Source: Candidatus Latescibacterota bacterium
GTDB taxonomy: Bacteria > Latescibacterota > UBA2968 > GCA-2709665
Length of the DNA stretch: 64,000 bases
NCBI GenBank assembly: GCA_965116875.1
Contig: OZ220733.1
Location: forward strand, 992,001 to 1,056,000
Direction: 5' to 3'
This document shows, piece after piece, positions 52,681-60,895 of this stretch. A program made the translations under genes and the position numbers. Each line of letters begins with the position of its first letter. Position 1 is the first letter of the stretch. The notes below the pieces were generated by a model, which searched no databases, was not told the DNA's origin, and saw only the letters and a program-made list of their open reading frames with translations.

Positions 52681-53286
52681 TCAATCTGGCGGGCATTGTC
52701 CTTCCGGCCAGATCAAACACCCAGGTTCAGATGGGTGATCCTGTACCATGGTATCCGTTCCAAATCGGCGCAACTTCAGAAATATCATGATATCTCCAGA
52801 ACACACACAGACTGTTGCACTGAAAAGCAATAGAGACCAGATGGTAGGATCCAGCGAAAATAACAGACCGGCAGCCGGTGTCGTTACGATCAATGGAAAG
52901 AGAATAACGATTCGTTGAACGCGCATTGCCAATGCCTTATCCACATGACAATAGAAGACCAACCACTTCCAATTGGCACCGAATCGAATTGAGCTGAATG
53001 GCACCTTGCCCCATTGCAGTGCTGCAATGGCGTGCAATGCCTCGTGAACTGCAATAAGCAAGACAAGACTTACGAGAAATATCCACCTATCTATGTCTTC
53101 CACGCGAAGCTGAATCTTCGTATGCAACAAATGTGCCCCAAGAAGGCAGAAATTGAACGCCCCAAAAAACAAGATTAATCCAATAATGATCGCATTGACT
53201 TTGCTCACACGGATTTCGTTGACCTCCTTGCCCTTCTCGTTGGTCTCCTGGAGAGCCGCTGCGTACACTTCTTTTACTGCCGACAT
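52681..53286 (-). CDS. DUF3267 putative zincin membrane metalloprotease, paralog 3
   Basis: HEALH, FGAN....FYCHV, SGD, QDHPSEPG; GGAG before ATG 53286 (alternative start 53301). Confidence 0.85.
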   Translation of the reverse strand: MSAVKEVYAAALQETNEKGKEVNEIRVSKVNAIIIGLILFFGAFNFCLLGAHLLHTKIQLRVEDIDRWIFLVSLVLLIAVHEALHAIAALQWGKVPFSSIRFGANWKWLVFYCHVDKALAMRVQRIVILFPLIVTTPAAGLLFSLDPTIWSLLLFSATVCVCSGDIMIFLKLRRFGTDTMVQDHPSEPGCLIWPEGQCPPD

Positions 53287-53411
53287 CGGAGTCTCCATCA
53301 TTGCTATTGGTATGCAGCCGGACCGACGGGCAATCGGTTTGAGGTTTCCTCATCCTTCTTTCTTCGACACACTCAGGATAGACCCAATGAAAAGCCTGCC
53401 CGACAGTCCGT

Positions 53412-53455
53412 GGGTCTGGTTTCCACTAAATGCGTCTTCAGTGGAAACCAGACCC
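53412..53455. terminator. 16-bp perfect inverted repeat after precursor A
   Basis: GGGTCTGGTTTCCACT-N12-AGTGGAAACCAGACCC between the last precursor gene and the protease genes. Confidence 0.65.
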
Positions 53456-53501
53456 GTCACTTTGTGATTTGCAACAACTCACCACTATGAACGAATCGGA
53501 C

Positions 53502-53801
53502 TTACAGATTCGACAGGCCGTCAGCCATTTTACTTGCCCATTGATCGAAAGTATCCGATACGAAATTTACGCCATCCATAATCCTATCGCCGTACCAGCA
53601 GACAGATTCAACGATATCCTGGGGCTTTGTCGCTGCTACGACAACGAGTCCGCCCACAATCGCCCAGATGACGGGATGTCCTCCCGAGACTTGGGCCATG
53701 GTATGCTCATTTACGGTTTCTTGTCTTGTCGGCAATGCCGGACAGGAGATGAGTTCGCTCTTTGTATCGGTTGCCCACGGAAAAGCCAATGCATGCGTCA
53801 T
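53502..53801 (-). CDS. Double-glycine leader precursor peptide A (41-aa leader + 58-aa core)
   Basis: AGGAGG RBS; leader ends LPTRQETVNEHTMAQVSGG; core HPVIWAIVGGLVVVAA... Confidence 0.82.
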   Translation of the reverse strand: MTHALAFPWATDTKSELISCPALPTRQETVNEHTMAQVSGGHPVIWAIVGGLVVVAATKPQDIVESVCWYGDRIMDGVNFVSDTFDQWASKMADGLSNL

Positions 53802-54095
53802 GATTTCCTCCTGGAGAGTTAATTTAATTTCCGCGATTATTGCCTTTCCTGCGTGTCTTGCTTCGCCGAAAGGTTGATGGTTTTCTGGATTTCGGCTGAG
53901 ACGATTACATTGTATCTCGCCCCGATGTAACCCGCTCTATCGTTTTTTCACGTCTTTTTTCGACTACTTAAGTTGAGCGCTGGATTTCCTCGCATTGAAG
54001 TCGCCACCGGACTTCTATCAACCTGTCGAAACTTCAACAATGGTGACTGTGGAATTCGTTAGATCGAATTGCCACTCGTGGTGGCGTGACAAGGA

Positions 54096-54302
54096 TTAAG
54101 GCAGGTCATCAAGGCAGTATTGGTAGAGTTCGGCTATTTCGTCGGCGAAAACATAAGCCAACAGCGCGGGAAGAACAACCGCTGGAAATATCCCTCCCTG
54201 AGTGTTCGTCGCCTCACGACCCACAAGTTCGGTTTCCCGTCCTGGCAGTTGAGCAAAAGCTACGGAATGGTGAGTTGGGGCTACCAGAATTCGATCTCTC
54301 AT
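54096..54302 (-). CDS. Double-glycine leader precursor peptide B (37 + 31 aa)
   Basis: AAAGGAGGT RBS; leader ends LPGRETELVGREATNTQGG; core IFPAVVLPALLAYVFADEIAELYQYCLDDLP. Confidence 0.82.
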   Translation of the reverse strand: MRDRILVAPTHHSVAFAQLPGRETELVGREATNTQGGIFPAVVLPALLAYVFADEIAELYQYCLDDLP

Positions 54303-54473
54303 TTTGCCACCTCCTTTCTACAAGACTCCCGGTGATACGCAGGGGAGTCTCGAGATGCGTGGTATATTGAAGAGATGCCCAACGAATGCGCGGAGCAATC
54401 GGAAGTTCGTGTTCGAGGCTTCGACCGCGAAGGCCACTGTCGCGAACAGCGTTACGGCTGGTTGTCCCGAGCG

Positions 54474-54674
54474 TCAACTTCCGTCTTCTAGGTAATCCCT
54501 GATGGCTTCTGCAATTAACAGAGCAAGAACGGGTACGATTGGTCCTTTTCCAATAGGGGAAATACCCCCCGATGCATGAATCATCTCACCGTACGCAAGG
54601 CCGGTTTCCCGCCCGGGGAGATGGCCGCAGATTACAGCAGCTTGCGTTGGAGTCGATTGAACTTGGTCTGTCAT
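54474..54674 (-). CDS. Double-glycine leader precursor peptide C (37 + 29 aa)
   Basis: AAAGGA RBS; leader ends LPGRETGLAYGEMIHASGG; core ISPIGKGPIVPVLALLIAEAIRDYLEDGS. Confidence 0.82.
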   Translation of the reverse strand: MTDQVQSTPTQAAVICGHLPGRETGLAYGEMIHASGGISPIGKGPIVPVLALLIAEAIRDYLEDGS

Positions 54675-54758
54675 TTCGTCACGTCCTTTCTGTTCTACAT
54701 CTTTGATGTATTGGTGGGTTTCGCAATCGCAATAGCTGCTCGAATTTCTCCCTGACAG

Positions 54759-54962
54759 TTACAGCACGGGACCGGCCGCGCCTGTTTCCGGCAGATTCGT
54801 GCCTATGTCTATCCCGAACAAATTCCTCAGGATATCCCGCCAACGTATGGCTCCGCCGGAGATCTGCGCGGTCTGCACGGCGGTCAAGTCCTCCGTCTTA
54901 ACCGGCAACCTCGCCGGATTCTTCAACGTGCCCACCGTGCTTGATTCGAATCGTTTGTTCAT
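54759..54962 (-). CDS. Double-glycine leader precursor peptide D (37 + 30 aa)
   Basis: AAAGGAGGTGA RBS before ATG 54962; leader ends LPVKTEDLTAVQTAQISGG; core AIRWRDILRNLFGIDIGTNLPETGAAGPVL. Confidence 0.82.
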   Translation of the reverse strand: MNKRFESSTVGTLKNPARLPVKTEDLTAVQTAQISGGAIRWRDILRNLFGIDIGTNLPETGAAGPVL

Positions 54963-55043
54963 GTCTATCACCTCCTTTCGTAAACATCCCAGCGACAACC
55001 GATCATTGCCGTTTCCTGACAAACCGTGTGCCGCTGCGCGTCG

Positions 55044-55058
55044 CTGAAATGTCCTGAT
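55044..55058. repeat. 15-bp direct repeat, copy 2
   Basis: CTGAAATGTCCTGAT, identical to 50003..50017. Confidence 0.8.
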
Positions 55059-55191
55059 TTACGAAGCGTTCCGATTGCCGTTTCGGGTTCCCGCCACACC
55101 TCACTCTCGGGCGGCTTCGGTTGCGAATCATCGGAAGCATCGTGCTGCGTGTGACGTGTGCGTTACGCGCCTCCGTCGACGCATTGGACTC

Positions 55192-55206
55192 GCAATGATT
55201 GTGCCA
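55192..55206 (-). promoter_or_regulatory. Candidate sigma-54 (-24/-12) promoter of the precursor operon
   Basis: Minus strand reads TGGCAC-AATCA-TTGC (GG-N10-GC), about 230 bp upstream of precursor D and pointing toward it. Confidence 0.6.
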
Positions 55207-55463
55207 ATCGCGATGGCCCGGGACCTAACTGTCTGGTATGCAAAAGAGAAGGGTTCGCCGGCTTGTCGGCAGGCCGCCGGTGGATGTCCGGTTCCTGAAC
55301 GATGTGTTCCATTCTGCGTCACCCGGATGAAATCATGTTGCATCTTGCACCGCTCCGGACCGGAGCAGAAGCGCGGCCGCATGAAAAAACACCGGTGAAA
55401 AGAGCCACCGGTGTCTGTTGATCCGTCAATTCAGATTGGGTGCTGTCAGCCCATGCGCGGCGG

Positions 55464-55494
55464 GCGTGGTCGCGGGACCGCGTGACCACGCTAC
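55464..55494 (-). repeat. GTAG-type REP-like hairpin
   Basis: Minus strand GTAG-CGTGGTCACGCGGTCCCGCGACCACGC: GTAG tetranucleotide followed by an imperfect palindrome. Confidence 0.5.
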
Positions 55495-55688
55495 CGTGCT
55501 ACACGCGGAAACTGCCCGCTTGAGACCTCCCGTTCCTGTTGCCGAGTGGGGCGGATATCGTTAAACTTGGAGGGTGCTGCCGCTGTTAAAGGCAGGGAAA
55601 CGCAGGCCCTATGGGTTTTTTGGGACTCCAGCATCTTCTGGCGTATCCCGGAGCGTGTCGACCTACCACCCGCCGCTCATCGAATTCC

Positions 55689-56132
55689 ATGCGTCTAATC
55701 GGAAAATTGCTTTCTCCAACCTTCGCCAAATTCGCGCTCACGGGCCTGGGCGGCGTGGTTGTGAATCTCGTTTCGTTTCAACTGATGCTCACGTCCGGTG
55801 TGCACGCGCTGCTGGCGTCGCCGATCGCGATCGAACTGTCCATCATCTCCAATTTTCTGCTCAACAACTGGTGGACGTTCGGCAGTCGCGAACTGGCCGG
55901 AAAAAGGCGGGTTCGCGGGCTTAAGTATCATCTTGTATCGCTCGTTTCGCTGATGTTGAGTTACGGCACGTTCGTCCTGCTTTCCGTGCTGTACGCGGAT
56001 GTGCCGCTGGTGATCCTGCAGGGCTGCGCGATCGCACCGGCCGGTGTGCTGAACTATTCCGTCAATTCTCTCTGGACGTTTCGCGAGTCGACTCCGGAGG
56101 GATCGGATGACGCCCGGGACGGTTCCGGATGA
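55689..56132 (+). CDS. GtrA family membrane protein (lipid-linked sugar translocase-like)
   Basis: KFALTGLGGVVVN, NFLLNNWWTF, NYSVNSLWTF; four TM segments. Confidence 0.88.
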   Translation: MRLIGKLLSPTFAKFALTGLGGVVVNLVSFQLMLTSGVHALLASPIAIELSIISNFLLNNWWTFGSRELAGKRRVRGLKYHLVSLVSLMLSYGTFVLLSVLYADVPLVILQGCAIAPAGVLNYSVNSLWTFRESTPEGSDDARDGSG

Positions 56133-58177
56133 TGCGCGCGCACGCCAGGCGCGGATCGCTTAAACCGTTCCGAGATGGCGCGGCTCTGGTTTCTTCTGTC
56201 CTGGCGCCGCTGGTCCTCTACGTACTCACGATGCCGCGCACCGTCGTGTTGGAGGACGACGGGTTGTTTCTGATGGCCGGCGCGCACCTGGGGGTCGCCC
56301 ATCCTCCGGGATATCCGCTCTATACGCTGATCGTCTACCTCTTCACGCTGTTGCCCTTTGGAAGCGTCGCCTTCCTCGGCCATCTTTCCAGCGCGACGCT
56401 GGGCGCGCTCGCGTGCGGATGTGTCTACGTCTGCGGCCGTCTGATCGGCGCCTCGTCCCTTCCCGCCCTGACGGCCTCCCTCCTGTTTGCCGCGTCGGAG
56501 CATTTCTGGTCTCAGGCCATCGTCACCGAGGTCTACACGCTCAATGCGCTGTTTTTCTTCGGCGTCTACGCGCTGATGCTGTACGGCGTCCGCCACCCTC
56601 ACCACACCGGTATCTGGATTGGCGCGGCCGCGACCTGCGGATTGAGCCTGGCCAATCACGTGCCTTTGACGGTGCTGTCAGCGCCGGGACTCGTGCTGCT
56701 GCTCCTTACCGTTCGGCGGAAGGTATACAGTAAGCTTCCGTTGCTCCTCGCCATTCTCGCCTGCAGCGCTGTATTGCCGTATGCCTGGATGGTCTGGCGG
56801 TCTCACCAGGACATTCTAATCAACTTCTACGGTTCGATCGATTCCCTGAAGGAGTTCTGGTTCTACTTCAGCCGGCAGGGGTACGTCGAAGTGGATTTCA
56901 GCCCCAGCGCCGGATGGATTGACCGTTTCAGGTTCATGCAGTGGCTCGGAAACGAATTCCTGTGGCAATTGACGCTGCCCGGATTCGCGCTGTCGGTGCT
57001 TGGCCTGGTGTTTCTGTTTCGCAAGCAGCAGACCGTTATTGCGGGATCGGGACTGCTGGTCTTCCTTACAAACAGCATTGTGTTGATCATCCTGCTGCGC
57101 TTCGATTTCGACTATTTCCAGGCGGCGGTCTTTCGACCCTACTCACTCTTGTGTTACGGCATTCAGGCACTATGGTTGGGCATAGGATTGCAGACTGTCT
57201 ACAACTGGCTGGTGAAGAAATACAAAGACAGAACGCCCCACGGCACCAGTGTCAAAATCGGCGTGGCAGCGCTGGCCGGCGTTGGACTGGTCTCGTGGTC
57301 GGTCCACTCCCACTGGAAGCCAAACGACAGAGCGGAAGACGACTTCGCCGAGCGGTACGTTGAAATGCAGTTGGACTTATTGCCGGAAGAAGCTGTCCTG
57401 TTCGTCTTCGGAGATCCGACCGGCCCTATCGGCTATTATCGATACGTCGAAAACCGCCGACCGGACGTCACACTATACAATCTGCAGGGTCTCGTATATG
57501 GCAAACGCCTGTTCAACCCGTTCATGTCGGCAAAAAAAAAGAACGAGGTCCTCGAACGGTTTATCGATTCGAACGAACGGGCGATCTTCTTCCCGCTGGA
57601 CGTCGATACCTATCCCAACCGCAAACTGCGCATTTACGGCTTTCTCATGGAAGCAGCAAGGAGCGGCAAACCGGGGACGATAGAGTTGAAGCGCCATCCC
57701 CCCGGCGAGGAATTCTTCGAACAGCTCATCAACCGGAGTCCCACCGATCGCTGGGAGCGGGTTCGCCGAAACGAATTGTTATTCCATTACGGGCGATATC
57801 TGGGACTCGTCTATTTTGCGAAGAATCCGATGTTCGAAAAAATCCAGGAACCGTTCCGGCTCGCCCACGGCAGTTGTGCAAGCCTTCTGGGTATGGCCTC
57901 GGTCGTGCTGGATAACGGAGACGACTCACACTGGGAGCAGGTCGCTGAGTGGTTGACCAGGGCGGAGACGCTCAAGCATGAAGCGCTCCAGAAGAAGACC
58001 CTCGCGGAGCTATACTATCAGAAGGGTAGGCTGCTTCAGAATCAGGGCCGGACGAACGCCGCCGTCGTGTCCTTCAGAAAGTCACGAGATGCATATCCCC
58101 ATTCCGAGAACAAGGCGTTAAAGGCCCTCGATCGATACAGGATCGATTTCAAACGCATCAAACAACCACGACGATAG
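56129..58177 (+). CDS. DUF2723 (TMEM260-like) GT-C fold membrane protein with C-terminal TPR
   Basis: LGVAHPPGYPLYTL, FWSQAIVTEVYTLN, GLSLANH; start overlaps the GtrA stop (ATGA). Confidence 0.88.
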   Translation: MMRAHARRGSLKPFRDGAALVSSVLAPLVLYVLTMPRTVVLEDDGLFLMAGAHLGVAHPPGYPLYTLIVYLFTLLPFGSVAFLGHLSSATLGALACGCVYVCGRLIGASSLPALTASLLFAASEHFWSQAIVTEVYTLNALFFFGVYALMLYGVRHPHHTGIWIGAAATCGLSLANHVPLTVLSAPGLVLLLLTVRRKVYSKLPLLLAILACSAVLPYAWMVWRSHQDILINFYGSIDSLKEFWFYFSRQGYVEVDFSPSAGWIDRFRFMQWLGNEFLWQLTLPGFALSVLGLVFLFRKQQTVIAGSGLLVFLTNSIVLIILLRFDFDYFQAAVFRPYSLLCYGIQALWLGIGLQTVYNWLVKKYKDRTPHGTSVKIGVAALAGVGLVSWSVHSHWKPNDRAEDDFAERYVEMQLDLLPEEAVLFVFGDPTGPIGYYRYVENRRPDVTLYNLQGLVYGKRLFNPFMSAKKKNEVLERFIDSNERAIFFPLDVDTYPNRKLRIYGFLMEAARSGKPGTIELKRHPPGEEFFEQLINRSPTDRWERVRRNELLFHYGRYLGLVYFAKNPMFEKIQEPFRLAHGSCASLLGMASVVLDNGDDSHWEQVAEWLTRAETLKHEALQKKTLAELYYQKGRLLQNQGRTNAAVVSFRKSRDAYPHSENKALKALDRYRIDFKRIKQPRR

Positions 58178-58345
58178 GTCTTCAAGAAAGGCTCAACCCT
58201 TTGCCGAAAGATTCGATTGCATATGTTTCGATCCCTGACCACCTGAATGCAGAATCGCGGAAGCGTTGCTGTTTCATAACCAGGGATTCCAGGGATTTCG
58301 CCAATCCGTCCATTGAACCTCTTTTATTCACAAAAACCCAAACGA

Positions 58346-58394
58346 ACATGGATAAACAGGATAGACAGGATAAAAGCCAAAACCGAACAGGATG
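58346..58394 (+). repeat. Short tandem ACAGGATAR-type repeats
   Basis: ACATGGATAA-ACAGGATAG-ACAGGATAA ... ACAGGATG in an intergenic region. Confidence 0.5.
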
Positions 58395-58735
58395 AGAAAC
58401 CAGGAGCAGGACAAATGCTCACTCTTCCGTGCAAGAATAATCGACGCCTACCTCTGCAAACTGCGCGACATCACACCGAACAACCAGATTCCGCATTTCT
58501 TCAGGTGCTGTCGTAAAAAAACCTCGCGGTATTTATCGAAATACAACCGGTTATACAACAGAACCGCCGGTCTTTGTGAACAATCCAGGTGAAGACGAAC
58601 TGACCTCTCACAATTGCCGGCTGCTGACGAAATTCGCCGATGGCGTGGGATATGTCCGGCGAGAGTAGCAGTAGTTGCGGTTTCACCACCGGATTGAAGG
58701 TTGATCCAATACAGGAGAATACGCCGCAGTACTTC

Positions 58736-59149
58736 TCAGGGGTGAATCCCTTCCAACTCCGGCAGAAGCCGGACGCTCTCCTGCTCATTGGGGTCGGTGC
58801 GGGCGATGACGGCGATGCAGGGTTCGGTCTGGCTGGCATTGTAGGGAAGGTGGGGGACGCCGGGCGGGATGTAGACAAAATCGCCGCTGTCAACGTGCAC
58901 GTGCTCCTCCAGGTTCTCACCGTACCACATTCCGGACTTGCCGCTGATGACGTAGACGGCGCTCTCGTGGCCTTCGTGCAGGTGGGGCCTGGAGCGTTCG
59001 CCCGATGGGATGGTCAGCAGGTGCATGCTGAGACCGCGAGAGCCGGTATTTTCGGCCGTGACGCCCTTACGATAGGTAAAGGCCTGCTTGCCGGTGAAGA
59101 CGTCCTGCGAGCGAATCAACTTGCATGTCCGAGCGGTTGGCGACGGCAT
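58736..59149 (-). CDS. Cupin (RmlC-like) domain protein
   Basis: PHLHEGHESAVYVISG and GDFVYIPPGVPHLP cupin motifs. Confidence 0.88.
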   Translation of the reverse strand: MPSPTARTCKLIRSQDVFTGKQAFTYRKGVTAENTGSRGLSMHLLTIPSGERSRPHLHEGHESAVYVISGKSGMWYGENLEEHVHVDSGDFVYIPPGVPHLPYNASQTEPCIAVIARTDPNEQESVRLLPELEGIHP

Positions 59150-59167
59150 TATCCATCTCTCCGGGAT

Positions 59168-59986
59168 TTAACGACATTGTTGGTTTGATTGCCCACGGGT
59201 TGCGCGTTTACAAAGACACTGCTTCTTCACGGCCCGGCAACAGAAGACCGGCCAGTAAAACTCGAAATCGTCGTCATCCGCACGACGTATTCCGAACGCG
59301 CTTCTGACTTCCCGCGGCGCGGCGGCGAAGTCCCGATACAAACCCTCCAGCCTCGCCGCAGGCGTCCCAGACCTCTCGACCCACTCACGAAACGTCATAT
59401 CCACCCGCGTGTCCGCGGTATGGGTTATTTCGAAGCCCGCGTCGGTCACGTCCCTGCGCCATGCCCGTGGCGTCGGCGCCGTCATGTGCGTCGGATCCCG
59501 CTCCACTTCCACCCGGTGATGCCAGGCCGCAACGTCCGGTTCTTCCGACGTCGTCGTGTCGCACAGAAGAAAGACGCCCCCTGGCTTCAACACGCGGTGG
59601 ACCTCCGAAAGAAACCTCCCGACGTCCTGAAAATGGTGCGGCGCCGTCCTGCAGGTGACCAGGTCGATCGATGCGTCCGGATACGAAATATCACACGCAT
59701 CGACAATCTCGAAGCGTACGTTTTCAAAACCCCGCTCTTCAGCGATCTTGCGGGCCTGGTCCAGCATCCCCGCCGCGATGTCCGATGCCACGATTGTGTC
59801 ACAAAACCCGGCAACCGCGAATGCCGTGAATCCGGGACCGGTTGCGATATCCAGACCGAGGGCGTAGCGTTCGAGAGACGCCCACGCCGTAAGGATGCGC
59901 AGGCTTTCTCCCGATGCGTGCGCCTCGCTCACGGCATATCTGGCCGCCTGGCGATTAAACTGCTCTCCGGCAGAATTCAATCTCAT
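59168..59986 (-). CDS. Class I SAM-dependent methyltransferase
   Basis: LDIATGPG, YPDASIDLVTCRTAPHHF, RVLKPGG. Confidence 0.9.
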   Translation of the reverse strand: MRLNSAGEQFNRQAARYAVSEAHASGESLRILTAWASLERYALGLDIATGPGFTAFAVAGFCDTIVASDIAAGMLDQARKIAEERGFENVRFEIVDACDISYPDASIDLVTCRTAPHHFQDVGRFLSEVHRVLKPGGVFLLCDTTTSEEPDVAAWHHRVEVERDPTHMTAPTPRAWRRDVTDAGFEITHTADTRVDMTFREWVERSGTPAARLEGLYRDFAAAPREVRSAFGIRRADDDDFEFYWPVFCCRAVKKQCLCKRATRGQSNQQCR

Positions 59987-60085
59987 GCCCGCAGTTTTAA
60001 CGTCATCCTCAAGTCAATTGCCAGTAATCCGGCACGGTCGACGCGAATCCGCTGGTAATGCGCATAAGCGAAGGGAGTCGACGCG

Positions 60086-60844
60086 CTACCTCACGGGTTC
60101 GGAGTACCACCCGTTCCAGGCCCGTTTCCATCGCCGGAACAGTGCGATAAATAACGGGTTCGTCCAGACCATGATCTTCCAGACCGGCCACTTGTCAAAG
60201 CGCCGGCAGGAAGGCTGAACCCGCGGTTCCCGGATAAATCTGACCCTACTGCCCGTTGACCTTGCCAGCCTGTTCAGCGTCCAGTAGAAGTCGACGTCCT
60301 CGCCTATCCAGACGTTCTCGTCGTAGCCGCCTGTCTGCTCAAAGATGCACCTTCGACAGAATTGGGCAGCCCCTTGAACCATCCCCATGGCGCGACCAAA
60401 GACCCGCCAGGCGCCAAGATAGAGCCGTACGGCGAGGCGTCGAGGTCGATAGTCTACGTCCACGCCACCTCCGATGCACTGTGGATCGCCCATCGCCAGG
60501 TGTATGGTATGGAGCAGATCGTTCGGAACGATGACGTCGGCGTCGATAAAGACCAACACATCCCCCGCCCCATGACGCGCTCCCGTGTTGCGCGCGCGGG
60601 AGATGCCCTGCACCGGCTCGAAAACAACCGTCGCCCCGCTGGCACGTGCAATGTCGGCGGTTCCATCCACGCTGTTGTTGTCCACGACGATCGTCTCGAC
60701 GCACGCGTTCGACCCCGTGGTCAGCAGTTCCGCCGCGGCACGGATCGAGTCCAGAGTCGCGGCGAGATACGCCTCTTCATTGAAGGCGGGAACGATGACC
60801 GTGAACTGCAGACTGGAATCCGTCGGACCATTGTCGATCGTCAT
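60086..60844 (-). CDS. Glycosyltransferase family 2
   Basis: VIVPAFNEE, VVDNNS.DGT, ARNTGA, FIDAD, GGYDE....ED. Confidence 0.92.
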   Translation of the reverse strand: MTIDNGPTDSSLQFTVIVPAFNEEAYLAATLDSIRAAAELLTTGSNACVETIVVDNNSVDGTADIARASGATVVFEPVQGISRARNTGARHGAGDVLVFIDADVIVPNDLLHTIHLAMGDPQCIGGGVDVDYRPRRLAVRLYLGAWRVFGRAMGMVQGAAQFCRRCIFEQTGGYDENVWIGEDVDFYWTLNRLARSTGSRVRFIREPRVQPSCRRFDKWPVWKIMVWTNPLFIALFRRWKRAWNGWYSEPVR

Positions 60845-60895
60845 TCCTCCGCAAATTTGACGCGGTCCCTTCAGGCGATTAACACGTGTATCCTC

